Assembly (NCBI GenBank): GCA_965238005.1
Contig: OZ250165.1
Span: forward strand, 3,904,001-3,968,000
From: Longimicrobiales bacterium
GTDB lineage: Bacteria > Gemmatimonadota > Gemmatimonadetes > Longimicrobiales > Gaopeijiaceae
Direction: 5' to 3'
DNA length: 64,000 bases
Below are positions 30,263-40,465 of this stretch, in pieces. The translations under genes were made by a program, and so were the position numbers. The first letter of the stretch is position 1. Every line of letters begins with the position of its first letter. The notes below the pieces were generated by a model. It saw nothing but the letters and a program-made list of their open reading frames with translations, searched no databases and had not been told where the DNA came from.

Positions 30263-30907
30263 CTATCGCATGTACCAAAACAGCATCTCCGCCAGCCTCT
30301 CCACGGCCGAGGCCACTGATCCAAAGTCGGCTACCTGGCCGGGCTGACCGGCCACCACCCCGAACCAAATCACCCGTCCGGTCGTCACGTCAATGATGGT
30401 GGAGACGATCTCTACCACCGAGACTCCTGCCGCCCCTTCGGCTCCCCTGCGCAGAGCCACGGGGATGAACGCCACATCGGCGTTGGCCAGCTCTCCCAGG
30501 CGGCGAACCTGGCCGTAAAGCGGATCCCCCACCCGGTCCACCTCGGCGGCAAGGAACATGCCCACACCCAGCCGGTCCACCGTGCTCTGGACGGCCGGGG
30601 CGCGCCGGAGGGTCGCTCGGAGCTCCTCCGGAAAAACCCAATCGACCTCCCTGCCTTGAGCCCGGAAGGCGAAAGCGATCTCCGGATCCACATCTCCCGG
30701 TACACCCTGCCGGGTCTGCGTCGGGTATACCATGACCCGTCTCCCCCGCAGATCCGGTACGAAGCCGCGGGTGCTTCCAGCCTCGGGAGGCGCCCCGGTG
30801 CCCCGTCCTCCGCACCCCTGTACGAGCAGAGTTGCAAGCACCGTGCCCACCACAGCTACGACGAGAGGGAAGCGAGCGACGTGCTCGAAGGTCTGCTGCG
30901 AATCCAT
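30263..30907 (-). CDS. Hypothetical lipoprotein
   Basis: Lipobox-like VQGC; operon context. Confidence 0.65.
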   Translation of the reverse strand: MDSQQTFEHVARFPLVVAVVGTVLATLLVQGCGGRGTGAPPEAGSTRGFVPDLRGRRVMVYPTQTRQGVPGDVDPEIAFAFRAQGREVDWVFPEELRATLRRAPAVQSTVDRLGVGMFLAAEVDRVGDPLYGQVRRLGELANADVAFIPVALRRGAEGAAGVSVVEIVSTIIDVTTGRVIWFGVVAGQPGQVADFGSVASAVERLAEMLFWYMR

Positions 30908-31027
30908 CGGCCTCCCTGTCACGGTCACGAGGGGCGTGAGCACCCCGCTGGCTGAACCGTGAAAAGTATGCAAAGCGCGGAGGACGGTACACCCCGCCCG
31001 CCTGAGGAGAATTCGGGAGGGGTACCG

Positions 31028-31459
31028 TCAGGACTTCGGCTCCGGCTCCCCGGACTCCCGATCCTCTTCCGGCTCCAGAGTCAGGGCAGCGGAGTTGATG
31101 CAGTAGCGGAGGCCCGTGGGCTCCGGGCCATCGGGGAATACGTGACCGAGGTGACCGTCGCACGAGGCGCACAAAACCTCTGTGCGACGCGTGAAGAGGC
31201 CCCGGTCCTCCTCTGTGCCCACGGACTCGCCCTCCACGACGTCGTAGAAGCTCGGCCAGCCGGTGCCCGAGTCGAACTTGGTGTCGGAGTGGAAGAGGGG
31301 GGTGCCGCAGCCGGCACACACGTACGTTCCAGATTCCTTGCTGTCCCAGTACTCACCGGTGAAGGCCCGTTCGGTCCCCTTCTCTCTCAGGATCTGGAAC
31401 TGTTCGGGAGTGAGGGCCTCCCGCCACTCGGTTTCCGTCTTCTCCCGTTTGTGTGACAC
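31028..31459 (-). CDS. msrB: Peptide-methionine (R)-S-oxide reductase
   Basis: [32 protein letters not shown]. Confidence 0.96.
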   Translation of the reverse strand: MSHKREKTETEWREALTPEQFQILREKGTERAFTGEYWDSKESGTYVCAGCGTPLFHSDTKFDSGTGWPSFYDVVEGESVGTEEDRGLFTRRTEVLCASCDGHLGHVFPDGPEPTGLRYCINSAALTLEPEEDRESGEPEPKS

Positions 31460-31507
31460 GATCGTCTCCTGGACGGCGGGGGTCGTGATGCGCTCTTTAA
31501 ACTAGCT

Positions 31508-31552
31508 AGTGTGGTGTTACAGAAGTTCGCGAGCCACCGAGAGTGCCGAGGC
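31508..31552 (+). repeat. Partial left end of MITE family B
   Basis: AGTGTGGTGTTACAGAAGTTCGCGAGCCACCGAGAG resembles 49446 and 61675; begins within CTAG. Confidence 0.6.
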
Positions 31553-31573
31553 GAGCGCGGTTCGCGGCCTCGG

Positions 31574-32752
31574 CTATTTCCCGCGCCAGATCTCGGTGTC
31601 GGGGCGGAACACGCCCCACGCGAACCAGAAGTGGTTGCCGTGAACGATCTCGGCGAGCTGCGTGCCCTCCAGCTCGCCCTTGACGGCCCGGCCCGAGAGA
31701 TTCCACTCCGATCCGGTCTCCCGGTCCCGGAATCGACCGTTGCCGCGGGGTTCGAAGGTCAGCACCCGCCCGTCGACCCGCGGGGAGAACGACGTGGACG
31801 AGCCCACGTCGCGGCCTCTCGCGATGGACGAGTTGTCGACGGCACTCGCGGTGCCGGAAGCCCAGAAGACCACCACGTCCAGGCTCCCCACCTTCACCTG
31901 GGCCACCCGCTCGTCCTTCAGGAGGGAGAACGGCAGGGCCAGGTACTCCCCGTCGCTCTCAAGGGCGACCACGCGCTCCATGGCCGGGAGTCGATCGTCT
32001 TTGCGCCCATGCCGGAAGAACCGATCCCAGGGTCCGTCTCCCCGGTCATACCCCTGATACGGATTGCTCCCGTACCGCTTCCTCAAGTCGGCCGGGAAGC
32101 CCGTGTCCCTGGAAAGAACCAGGGCATCCTCCAACTGCTCCTTCACACTCCGCCAATTCATGACCGTGGCGGGGATGAAGGTCAGCCGGTCTCCCGCGTA
32201 CTGCCCCACCAGCCCCTCACCCGTCGCCTGCTGCCACCACGTCTCCGACTGCCGGTCGTACATGACCAGGTCCGAGTGCCGAAGCCGGCCCGTGGTACCG
32301 AACTCGAGCACCTGCCCGTCGAAGTTGCGGTCGAACGCGATGGTCGTGTTGCAGAGGGGGCAGTAGGTGACGGTCACCGGCGCGCCCCCGATCTCGTCAT
32401 TCACGATCTCGTGCCAGATGAGGATCGACAGCGGGTACGCCTTGGTCACCCCGTTCACCCTCACTACGGCAACTGGCTCGCGGTCCTTCAGCCAGTCGTC
32501 GGCCTCCCGCACCGTCACGAAGCTCGGGCGATCGATGGAGCGAATCCCATCCTTGGGCGGTCCGCCCGACGTGAACTCCTCCAGGGGGACCGTGTGCTTG
32601 CTGAAGTCCGTGGACCAGTCGTCCCGCCCGGCGATGGCCGGCCGCTGCTGGCCGGACGCCTCAAGTGGCGACGACGTGAATGCCGCGAGCATGCTCAGCA
32701 ACAGGATCTGGAGGGGATGGGCGCGGGCGCGGATCATGGGTCTTCCTTTCAT
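31574..32752 (-). CDS. DUF3179 family protein
   Basis: GGPPKDGI, HEIVND, TYCPLC, MYDRQSETWWQQ, FWFAW. Confidence 0.9.
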   Translation of the reverse strand: MKGRPMIRARAHPLQILLLSMLAAFTSSPLEASGQQRPAIAGRDDWSTDFSKHTVPLEEFTSGGPPKDGIRSIDRPSFVTVREADDWLKDREPVAVVRVNGVTKAYPLSILIWHEIVNDEIGGAPVTVTYCPLCNTTIAFDRNFDGQVLEFGTTGRLRHSDLVMYDRQSETWWQQATGEGLVGQYAGDRLTFIPATVMNWRSVKEQLEDALVLSRDTGFPADLRKRYGSNPYQGYDRGDGPWDRFFRHGRKDDRLPAMERVVALESDGEYLALPFSLLKDERVAQVKVGSLDVVVFWASGTASAVDNSSIARGRDVGSSTSFSPRVDGRVLTFEPRGNGRFRDRETGSEWNLSGRAVKGELEGTQLAEIVHGNHFWFAWGVFRPDTEIWRGK

Positions 32753-32896
32753 CTGGGGAGGCCTCTCTGTTACTCAACCCGCCGGGACGGACGGCCGTTC
32801 CCCCCGGCGACCCGCCGCCATCTTGCTCGCCTGGGGTCCACATGGTCTCTTGCAGTGTCTTGCAGTCACACCGCACACGAGATCGAGCCCAGACCG

Positions 32897-33268
32897 ATGA
32901 ACGATGCCTCCGTTCGACATATCCCTTGGGACAGCATTCCCGAGGAGGAGCTGAATCCCCTCCTGCGCCGGCGCCTCATCACCGGCGAGAAGGGCATGCT
33001 GGCCCACGTATACCTCGACAAGGGCGCCGTCGTCCCTCTCCACTCACACCATAACGAGCAGTTCACGTACGTCCTCGAGGGAGTCTTGCACTTCTGGATC
33101 GGAGACGACGAGTCGGAAGAAATCGTCGTGCACGCCGGCGAGGTGCTCCACATCCCGGCCCATGTGCCACACAAAGCCGAGGCACTGGAGGACACGCTGG
33201 ACCTGGACATCTTCGTTCCGCCCCGGGAGGACTGGCTGGCGGGGACAGACGACTATCTCCGGAGGTAG
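32897..33268 (+). CDS. Cupin domain protein
   Basis: HSHHNEQ, IPAHVPH, DIFVPPREDW. Confidence 0.9.
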   Translation: MNDASVRHIPWDSIPEEELNPLLRRRLITGEKGMLAHVYLDKGAVVPLHSHHNEQFTYVLEGVLHFWIGDDESEEIVVHAGEVLHIPAHVPHKAEALEDTLDLDIFVPPREDWLAGTDDYLRR

Positions 33269-33273
33269 CGGGG

Positions 33274-34065
33274 ATGGATCTGGGATTGAAAGGGAAGGCC
33301 GCCCTGGTGGCGGCATCGAGCAGGGGCCTGGGGCGAGCCGTCGCCGACGAGCTGGCGAGGGAAGGCGCCAACCTGGTCATCTGCGCCCGCAGGGTCCGGC
33401 CCCTCGAGAAGGCCCGGCAGGCGATCTTCGACGAGACCGGGGCCGAGGTGGTGGCGGTCCCGGCGGACCTGAGCGAGCCCGGCGACATCGACCGCCTCAT
33501 GGCGGCGGCGAGAGCCGAATTCGGCCGCGTCGACATCCTGGTCACGAACACGGGCGGGCCGCCCTTCGGACCCTTCGAGAGCCACTCCCGGGAAGACTGG
33601 AGCGTAGCCGTCCGTCAGAACCTCTACAGTGTCCTGAACCTGACGCGGGAAGTCCTACCGGACATGCGGGAGGCGGGGTGGGGAAGAATCATCAACATCA
33701 CGTCGGTGGCCGTAAAGCAGCCCATCGACGGCCTGATCCTCTCGAACAGCGTTCGGGCGGCCGTAACCGGATTCGCCAAGACCCTGGCCAACGAGGAGGC
33801 CCATTTCGGCATCACCGTAAACAATGTCATGCCGGGGTATACGAAGACGAAGCGGCTTGAGCAGCTGGCGGCCGACGCGGCGGATCGCTCCGGGTTGATG
33901 TTGGAGGAGGCGTACGCGCGCTGGGAGAGCCAGATCCCCATGGGGCGTACAGGCTCGCCGAACGAGTTCGCCGCACTCGTGGCGTTCCTGGCCTCCGAGC
34001 GAGCCAGCTACATCACGGGAGTCTCCATTCCCGTCGACGGAGGCGCCGTCCGCTCCCTTCTGTAG
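33274..34065 (+). CDS. SDR oxidoreductase
   Basis: AASSRGLG, NTGGPP, YITGVSIPVDGG. Confidence 0.92.
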   Translation: MDLGLKGKAALVAASSRGLGRAVADELAREGANLVICARRVRPLEKARQAIFDETGAEVVAVPADLSEPGDIDRLMAAARAEFGRVDILVTNTGGPPFGPFESHSREDWSVAVRQNLYSVLNLTREVLPDMREAGWGRIINITSVAVKQPIDGLILSNSVRAAVTGFAKTLANEEAHFGITVNNVMPGYTKTKRLEQLAADAADRSGLMLEEAYARWESQIPMGRTGSPNEFAALVAFLASERASYITGVSIPVDGGAVRSLL

Positions 34066-34168
34066 CGGGCCGATGGCACACCGGGAAGTGAGCAATGGTA
34101 TCAGCGGAGCGCCCGGCCGCAATCGATAGGGCGCTCGGCACGACCGATAAAGACGACTGGAGAAAAGC

Positions 34169-35107
34169 ATGTCGGGGAAGTTCGTAGAAGCTGAATTCAT
34201 ATGGCGAGATGGGGAGTTTATCCGTTGGGAGGACGCCACGGTCCATCTCTTGAGCACGGCGGTCCAGTTCGGGACCTCCATGTTCGAGGGCATTCGATGC
34301 TACGACACGCCCAAGGGGCCCTGCGTCTTCAGGCTGGACGCACACATCCTGAGGCTCGTCCACTCGTGTAGGATCTACCGGATGGAGCCGTCGTACTCCG
34401 AGCAGGAGCTCATCGATGCGTGCCGAGCCACGGTCGAGCGCAACGGGCTCAAGGACTGCTACATCCGGCCAATGGTCCTGCGGGGATACGGATCGGCCGG
34501 CCTGGATCCCTCCCAGAGCCCGATCGAGACGTACGTCACCGCGTGGCCGTGGGGCGCCTACCTGGGTGAAGGAGCTCTCGAGAACGGCGTCGACGTCGGC
34601 GTCTCATCGTGGAACCGGCCGGCGCCCAACACCTTCCCGGTCCAGGCCAAGGCCGCTGGGCACTACAACAACGCCCAGCTCGTCAAGATGGAGGCTGTCG
34701 CCAACGGCTATGCGGAAGGGCTGGTGTTGTCGCCCGACGGTCGTCTGAGCGAAGGCGGCGGACAGAACGTGTTCCTGGTGCGGGGTGGAATCCTGGTGAC
34801 GCCCGAGCTCGACGGAACGCTTCTGCGGGGAGTCACCCGGGACGCGGTCATGGTCATGGCCGCCGACCTCCGCCTGGAGGTGCAGGAACGACCCGTCCCC
34901 CGCGAGGATCTCTACACGGCCGACGAGCTGTTCTTCACGGGCACCGCCACCGAGGTCACGCCCATCCGGAGCGTGGACCGCATCACCATCGGTGAGGGGC
35001 GGGCGGGTCCGGTTACCCGCGCTGTCCAGAACCACTTCATGGCGGTCGTCAAGGCTGAGGAGGAGGACTTACACGGGTGGCTCACACCCGTGTGCCAGGG
35101 CGGCTGA
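34169..35107 (+). CDS. ilvE: Branched-chain amino acid aminotransferase
   Basis: FEGIRCY, YIRP, AKAAGHY, LRGVTR, FTGTATEV. Confidence 0.92.
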   Translation: MSGKFVEAEFIWRDGEFIRWEDATVHLLSTAVQFGTSMFEGIRCYDTPKGPCVFRLDAHILRLVHSCRIYRMEPSYSEQELIDACRATVERNGLKDCYIRPMVLRGYGSAGLDPSQSPIETYVTAWPWGAYLGEGALENGVDVGVSSWNRPAPNTFPVQAKAAGHYNNAQLVKMEAVANGYAEGLVLSPDGRLSEGGGQNVFLVRGGILVTPELDGTLLRGVTRDAVMVMAADLRLEVQERPVPREDLYTADELFFTGTATEVTPIRSVDRITIGEGRAGPVTRAVQNHFMAVVKAEEEDLHGWLTPVCQGG

Positions 35108-35184
35108 CCGCCCCTTTCCGGGGCGGCTGACCCTGCGCGGTCGGTCCCTCGCCGACGGCCGCCCGCCCCGGCCTCGAGGGGCGG

Positions 35185-36930
35185 TCAGTTCCCCACCGCC
35201 CCCGCGTCGACATTCCTGGGATCGGCGGCCCCCAGGCGGTCACCGTTCTCGGGATCGATCATGATGGAGTGGGCGAGGCCCTGCCCTCCCTGGACCGACA
35301 GCGTGTAGCCCCGCCGCTCGAGCTCGGCGACCGTGGCTGGGGGCAGCCCATCCCGCTCGAAGCGGACGTTGTCCGGTAGCCACTGGTGGTGTAGCCGAGG
35401 CGCGTTGACGGCCTCCTGGATGTTCATCTCGAACTCGACGAAGTTCAGGATCACCTGCATTACGGTGTTGATGATCGTCCGGCCTCCCGGGCTCCCCACC
35501 ACCGCAACCAGCTCTCCGTCCTTGGTCACGATGCTCGGCGTCATGCTGGAGAGCATGCGCTGCTCCGGACGCGCGAGATTCGGCCGGGTACCGATGAGCC
35601 CACCGTCGTCGGTGAGGCCGGGCCCCGCGTTGAAGTCGCCCATCTCGTTGTTGAGCAGAAAGCCCGCCCCGGGAACGGTGATCGCAGAGCCGTAGCCGGA
35701 CTCGAGGGTGTAGGTGACGGAGACCGCCATGCCGTTCCGGTCCACCACGGAGTAGTGCGTGGTCTCGGGGCTCTCGTAGGGCTCCGTGACGTCCGACGGC
35801 GCCGACACGCTAGCGTTGAGCGGGTCGATGTCGGCACGGAGGTGTTCGGCATATGCCTTGCTGGTCAGCCGGTGGACAGGCACGTCCACGAAGTCGACGT
35901 CGGCGACGAAACGGGCCCGGTCCCGGTAGGCTCTCCGCATGGCCTCCGTCAGGTGGTGGATGTAGTCCGCCGAGTTGTGACCCATGGAGGCGAGGTCGTA
36001 GCCCTCGAGGATGTTGAGCATCTCAACCATGGCGACGCCCCCGCTGGACGGAGGCGGCATGGAGATGATGTCGTAGCCTCGGTACGTGCCCTTGATGGGG
36101 GTACGCTCCTTGGCCTGGTAGCGGGCGAGATCCTCCAGGGTGATGATGCCGCCGCCGCGCTCCATCTCCGCCGCCAGCAGGCTGGCGGTCTCTCCCTTAT
36201 AGAACCCGTCGCGCCCGTCGTTGGTGATGCGCTCCAGGGTCCGCGCCAGGTCGGTTTGCACGAGCCGGTAGCCGGGCTCGAAGGGACGGCCGTCCATGGA
36301 GAACGACGCCACGGTGCCCACATAGGCGGCCCCCCGGCCTTCCACGAGACGCTGCAGCCCCCGAGCCAGCCGCTCGGCGATCTCGAAGCCGTCGCGGGCC
36401 AGGCCCACTGCCGGGCTCACCAGCCGCCGCCACTCCTGACCGCCGTACAGCCGGTGCGCCTTCCAGAATCCGGCTACGGTGCCGGGAACGCCCACGGCCA
36501 TGTGGCTGTTGTGATGCTTGGTGCGCGAATACTCGCCGGACTCGTCGAGCCACATCTCGGGGTGGGACGCCAGCGGCGCCTTCTCCCGGAAGTCGAGGGC
36601 CGTGGTGGCCCCGTCGGAGAAGCGGATCACCATGAAGCCGCCGCCGCCGATGTTGCCGGCCGACGGATGCGTGACGGCCAGCGCGAGGCCCGTTGCGATG
36701 GCCGCGTCCACGGCGTTGCCACCGGCAGCCAGCACGTCGGCGCCCGCCTTGCTGGCGTGTACGCTCTCGGACACCACCATGCCATGGGGCGCCCGAACGG
36801 GCTGAACCGTGTCGGCCTGGACGCTCGTCGGAGCGAGCGGGGCGAGGGACTGGGGGGCGGTAAGTCCCGTCGTACCCAGCCACAGTACGGCCAAGGTCGA
36901 GAACGTGAAGAAATGACGGCGGTCGATCAT
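35185..36930 (-). CDS. ggt: Gamma-glutamyltransferase
   Basis: GGNAVDAA, DFREKAP, ETTHYS, NNEMGDF, SSMTP, GSPGG. Confidence 0.95.
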   Translation of the reverse strand: MIDRRHFFTFSTLAVLWLGTTGLTAPQSLAPLAPTSVQADTVQPVRAPHGMVVSESVHASKAGADVLAAGGNAVDAAIATGLALAVTHPSAGNIGGGGFMVIRFSDGATTALDFREKAPLASHPEMWLDESGEYSRTKHHNSHMAVGVPGTVAGFWKAHRLYGGQEWRRLVSPAVGLARDGFEIAERLARGLQRLVEGRGAAYVGTVASFSMDGRPFEPGYRLVQTDLARTLERITNDGRDGFYKGETASLLAAEMERGGGIITLEDLARYQAKERTPIKGTYRGYDIISMPPPSSGGVAMVEMLNILEGYDLASMGHNSADYIHHLTEAMRRAYRDRARFVADVDFVDVPVHRLTSKAYAEHLRADIDPLNASVSAPSDVTEPYESPETTHYSVVDRNGMAVSVTYTLESGYGSAITVPGAGFLLNNEMGDFNAGPGLTDDGGLIGTRPNLARPEQRMLSSMTPSIVTKDGELVAVVGSPGGRTIINTVMQVILNFVEFEMNIQEAVNAPRLHHQWLPDNVRFERDGLPPATVAELERRGYTLSVQGGQGLAHSIMIDPENGDRLGAADPRNVDAGAVGN

Positions 36931-36987
36931 GTAGCTCTCCCTACCTGTTGGCTCGTGCCTCGAAGTTTGGTCTTCTTCGACCGAAAG

Positions 36988-37422
36988 TCACGCCTCGGAG
37001 TTCCGGTCGTAGTCAACGATGTTCTCCCACTCGCTGGCATCCGAGCGCGCCACGACCGCTGTCACCGGCTCCGTGTCGCTCATGTTGAACACCTCGTGGG
37101 GAACGCCAGGCTCGATGAAGATGAAGTCACCCGCCTTGCTTTCCAAGACGAGCTCGAGTCCCGCCCCATACTCATGCCGCACATTCCCTTGGAGTATGTA
37201 CAGCATGACCTCGAAATCCACGTGGATGTGGGCGTACGCGACGCCCCCCGGCGGAATGGTGGCCACGTTCATGGAGAGCTTGCGGGCTCCGACGTTCTTG
37301 GCCGAGAGACCGGCCTTCTAGCGGATGTTGTTCCAACCGCGGAACGTGTCGCTTCCACGCACGGTGGAGATCCCCCCGCCACCTTCAACCATCGCCGTGA
37401 GATCCACAGCTTCTTCAGACAT
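36988..37422 (-). pseudogene. Cupin protein with an in-frame TAG (codon 35, 37318-37320)
   Basis: WNNIR*KAGLSAKNVG reads through in frame to AHIHVDFE and GVPHE. Confidence 0.75.
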
Positions 37423-37488
37423 TCCGCCTAGCCCTCTAGTCGACGCCTCCGGTCGGCTGCGCGCGCCGTTCACCGGTGACACACATCG

Positions 37489-38193
37489 TCAGTTCGATTC
37501 CACTTCCTTCACAAAGAGATCGGCCAGGACGGGACCCGCGCCCTCATCCTCGTGCTTGAAGAACACGAAGACATCGTCCCAGCCCTGATCCTTGAAGGTC
37601 CCGGCCCAGCGGGTCAGCTCTCCGGGCTCGTACGCCTCCTTGCGGAGACGAGCATATCCGTAGGAAGCCGTCGCCACCACCGGGGGATCGTCGTCCTTCC
37701 CCGTATCGGCCGCCACCAGGGCTGCGCCGGCATCACATAGAACCTGGTAGACCGCGTCGTCGAACCACGAGGAGTTACGGAACTCGAAGGCGGCCCGGAA
37801 GCCCTGGGGAAAGAGGGCCACGAAGTCCCGCAAACGCTCCACGTCCTTCTTCAGATACGGTGGAAGCTGAAAGAGGATGGGTCCCCGGCGCCCGCCGAGC
37901 TCCTCCGAGACGTCCAGGAGGTAGCCGAGCTCGTCCTCGGCCTCCTTGAGCCTCTTATGGTGCGTGATCTTGCGGGAGGCCTTGAGCACGAACGAGAAGG
38001 CGTCGGGCACCTTCCCGGCCCAGTCGGTCAACACCTTCCGCGACGGCATGCGATAGAAGGTGTTGTTAATCTCCACCGCGTTGAGCCGCTCGCCGTAGTA
38101 CGAGAGCATCTGATCATTGGGCAGATCCTCCGGATAGAAGCCTCCCTTCCACTCCTTGTATGAGAATCCGCTGGTGCCGACCCAAAACGTCAT
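37489..38193 (-). CDS. DUF72 family protein
   Basis: VGTSGFSY, VEINNTFY, FQLPP, EFRNSSW. Confidence 0.92.
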   Translation of the reverse strand: MTFWVGTSGFSYKEWKGGFYPEDLPNDQMLSYYGERLNAVEINNTFYRMPSRKVLTDWAGKVPDAFSFVLKASRKITHHKRLKEAEDELGYLLDVSEELGGRRGPILFQLPPYLKKDVERLRDFVALFPQGFRAAFEFRNSSWFDDAVYQVLCDAGAALVAADTGKDDDPPVVATASYGYARLRKEAYEPGELTRWAGTFKDQGWDDVFVFFKHEDEGAGPVLADLFVKEVESN

Positions 38194-38249
38194 CGTCTCA
38201 CCCTCCCCGACAGGGATCTGAACCTCCATGAACATTGGCCCGAGAGGGC

Positions 38250-39170
38250 CTACAGTAGATAGCCACCGTCGATGGGAATCACGGTCCCCGTGATATGCCT
38301 CGCCGCCTCGGAGCAAAGGAAGAGGACCACGCTGGCCACGTCCTGTGGATCTCCCAGCCTGCCTAGCACGCTGCGCTCACGAGCCATGTCCAGAATTTCG
38401 GCAGGCACCCCCGCCGTGAGCCGCGTGGTTCGGATGTAGCCGGGAGCGACGGCGTTTACATTGATGTTCTTGGGGCCGAGCTCCACGGCGGCGCTTCGGG
38501 TGAAACCGATGATCCCCGCCTTGGATGCAGCGTAGTTGGCGATCCCGAACTCGCTTCGAAGCCCGTGGACGGACGTAATGTTGACGATCTTGCCCCACTC
38601 CTGCGCCCGGAGGTACGGCGCCACCGCCCGGGTGAAATAAAAAGCCCCCGTAAGATTCGTGTTCAGGACCGTGGACCACTGCTCGTCGTCCATCCGCCAG
38701 AGCGCCCGATCGCGTCCCACCCCTGCGTTGCTCACCAGGATGTGGACGCCCCCGAGACGCTCTACGGTCTTCTCGACAAATGCGTTAACCTGCTCAGCCT
38801 CCCGAACGTCGCATGCCTCGCAAAAAACCCTGACCTCCAACTCCCGGATGACGCCCGCCACCTCCTGGGCCTCGGCCCTGGACTCCTCGCCGGTGTCCAG
38901 GAAGCAGAACGCCACATCGGCGCCTGCCCGGGCGAAGTCCATGGCGATGGCCCGGCCGATTCCGCTCGATCCGCCACTGACGACGGCCACCTTGCTCCTG
39001 AGGCCCTCGAGGTTGCGAAGCGGTCGGGGCTGGGTCTGGATCCCCACCTCGTCGAGAAGCTGCTCCACAACGTCCTCCACAGCCGTGGGCTCCGCCGTGC
39101 CGATCCGCTCCTGCTCGGACGGCTCGTCACCCAGGGATGATATGGTCCTCTCGTGTCGTTGGTCGGACAT
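38250..39170 (-). CDS. SDR oxidoreductase (FabG-like)
   Basis: GGSSGIG, NAG, YAASK. Confidence 0.9.
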   Translation of the reverse strand: MSDQRHERTISSLGDEPSEQERIGTAEPTAVEDVVEQLLDEVGIQTQPRPLRNLEGLRSKVAVVSGGSSGIGRAIAMDFARAGADVAFCFLDTGEESRAEAQEVAGVIRELEVRVFCEACDVREAEQVNAFVEKTVERLGGVHILVSNAGVGRDRALWRMDDEQWSTVLNTNLTGAFYFTRAVAPYLRAQEWGKIVNITSVHGLRSEFGIANYAASKAGIIGFTRSAAVELGPKNINVNAVAPGYIRTTRLTAGVPAEILDMARERSVLGRLGDPQDVASVVLFLCSEAARHITGTVIPIDGGYLL

Positions 39171-39287
39171 GCGTCGAGGGGAATGCTACACGGCCACGCC
39201 ATCCGGGATCGGAATGTCTCGACGTGGCAGGTAAACGCCCGTTTACGGCATGTTACCGATCGAACCGTGTGTTTCGCAACGGAAGGC

Positions 39288-40271
39288 TCAGGATCCGTTG
39301 AGGAGTCCCACGATCTCCCCGTCGGTCAGGGTATGGTCCGTGGCCTTGGCGGCTTCGAAGAGGATGCGGCAGGCCTTCTCATCGTCGGGGTCGTACCCGT
39401 GGGCGGCGAGCCAGGCTTTTACGTTCGAGAGCCCGGACATGGGGCCTATCTCGATCTCCTGGACCCTCCCCACCATGGAGGCGGGCACGCCCGAGTAGAT
39501 GCGGTCGGCGACCCAGGCGTCCCCTTTGGCCGCGGCCTTCACGATGGCGGCGGCATGCACCCCCGTGCCGGTGCGGAACGCGTCGCGACCCACCACGGGG
39601 TAGCTGCTGGCGAGGGGCACCTGACAGGCCTCGGCCGCCGTGCTGCAGTACTCGGGCAATCGCGTGAGATCGGCTTCATGGAGCCCGAGTAGCTTGAGGT
39701 TCACCAGAAGGACGTCCATCTCCACGTTACCCACGCGCTCGCCGATGCCGAGGGCCGTGCCGTGGATGCGGGTGGCGCCGGCCTCGATGGCCGCGAGGGC
39801 GTTGGCCAGGCCGAGACCGCGGTCGCGGTGGCCGTGCCAATCCACGCCCACGTCCTCCCCCGAAGGCTCGACGATCTCTTCGATCACGAAGCGGACGAGG
39901 GCCCGCACGCGGTCAGGTATGGCATGCCCCACGGTGTCGGTAAGGCAGAGCCGGTGGGCGCCCCATCCGATGGCGTGTCCGTAAAGGGCCTTGAGCGTCT
40001 CGGGCTTGGCCCGCGCGGTGTCCTCGGTCACGAACATCACCGGCAGACAAGGGCCCGTGCCGGGGAGGCCGATGTCGGCCGTATGGATGCCCAGTTCGTC
40101 CATGAGATGGAGGAGCCGGATCTTCCCTTCGATGGGAGGATCCACCACGGACGGATTCTGAAGCCCGTCCCGTAGAGTCTCGTCATCGAGCTGGATGCCA
40201 GACACCGAGCCCCAGTCGAACGCGTCGCTACCGGCCGAGTTCCAGTCGTGAATGAGGTCCTGCTCCTCCAT
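39288..40271 (-). pseudogene. LeuA/homocitrate synthase family protein with an apparent in-frame internal deletion
   Basis: DETLRDGLQ, HGHRDRG, GERVGN present; IGLPGTGP joins directly to LPVMFVTED near 40050, skipping mid-barrel segments. Confidence 0.7.
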
Positions 40272-40365
40272 GGCCGTTGGGTTGAGTTGCCGCTGAAGTG
40301 AGACCCCGGGGCCCAGCCGTTGCTCGCACGCAAGATAGCCGGGGGCATGCGAATCCTACAGGTAA

Positions 40366-40404
40366 AGGCCTGTTGAAGAAGTGGGGCGAGCCGCGTGAGG
40401 AGCG
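40366..40404 (+). repeat. Solo end of MITE family A
   Basis: 38/39 identical to 2033-2071. Confidence 0.85.
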
Positions 40405-40465
40405 TCTCGCAGAAATCGGGTGGGCACAGTTTGACGCGTCAGCCGTGGGCGCCGAGCTTGGACCC

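Noticed and set aside
31511..33268. 585-aa plus-strand ORF
   Set aside because: Antisense shadow of DUF3179 joined to the real cupin starting at 32897.
15130..37320. Genome-wide TAG recoding suggested by two in-frame amber codons
   Set aside because: Many intact genes end in TAG, and the two sites appear to replace different residues (Gln and probably Tyr).
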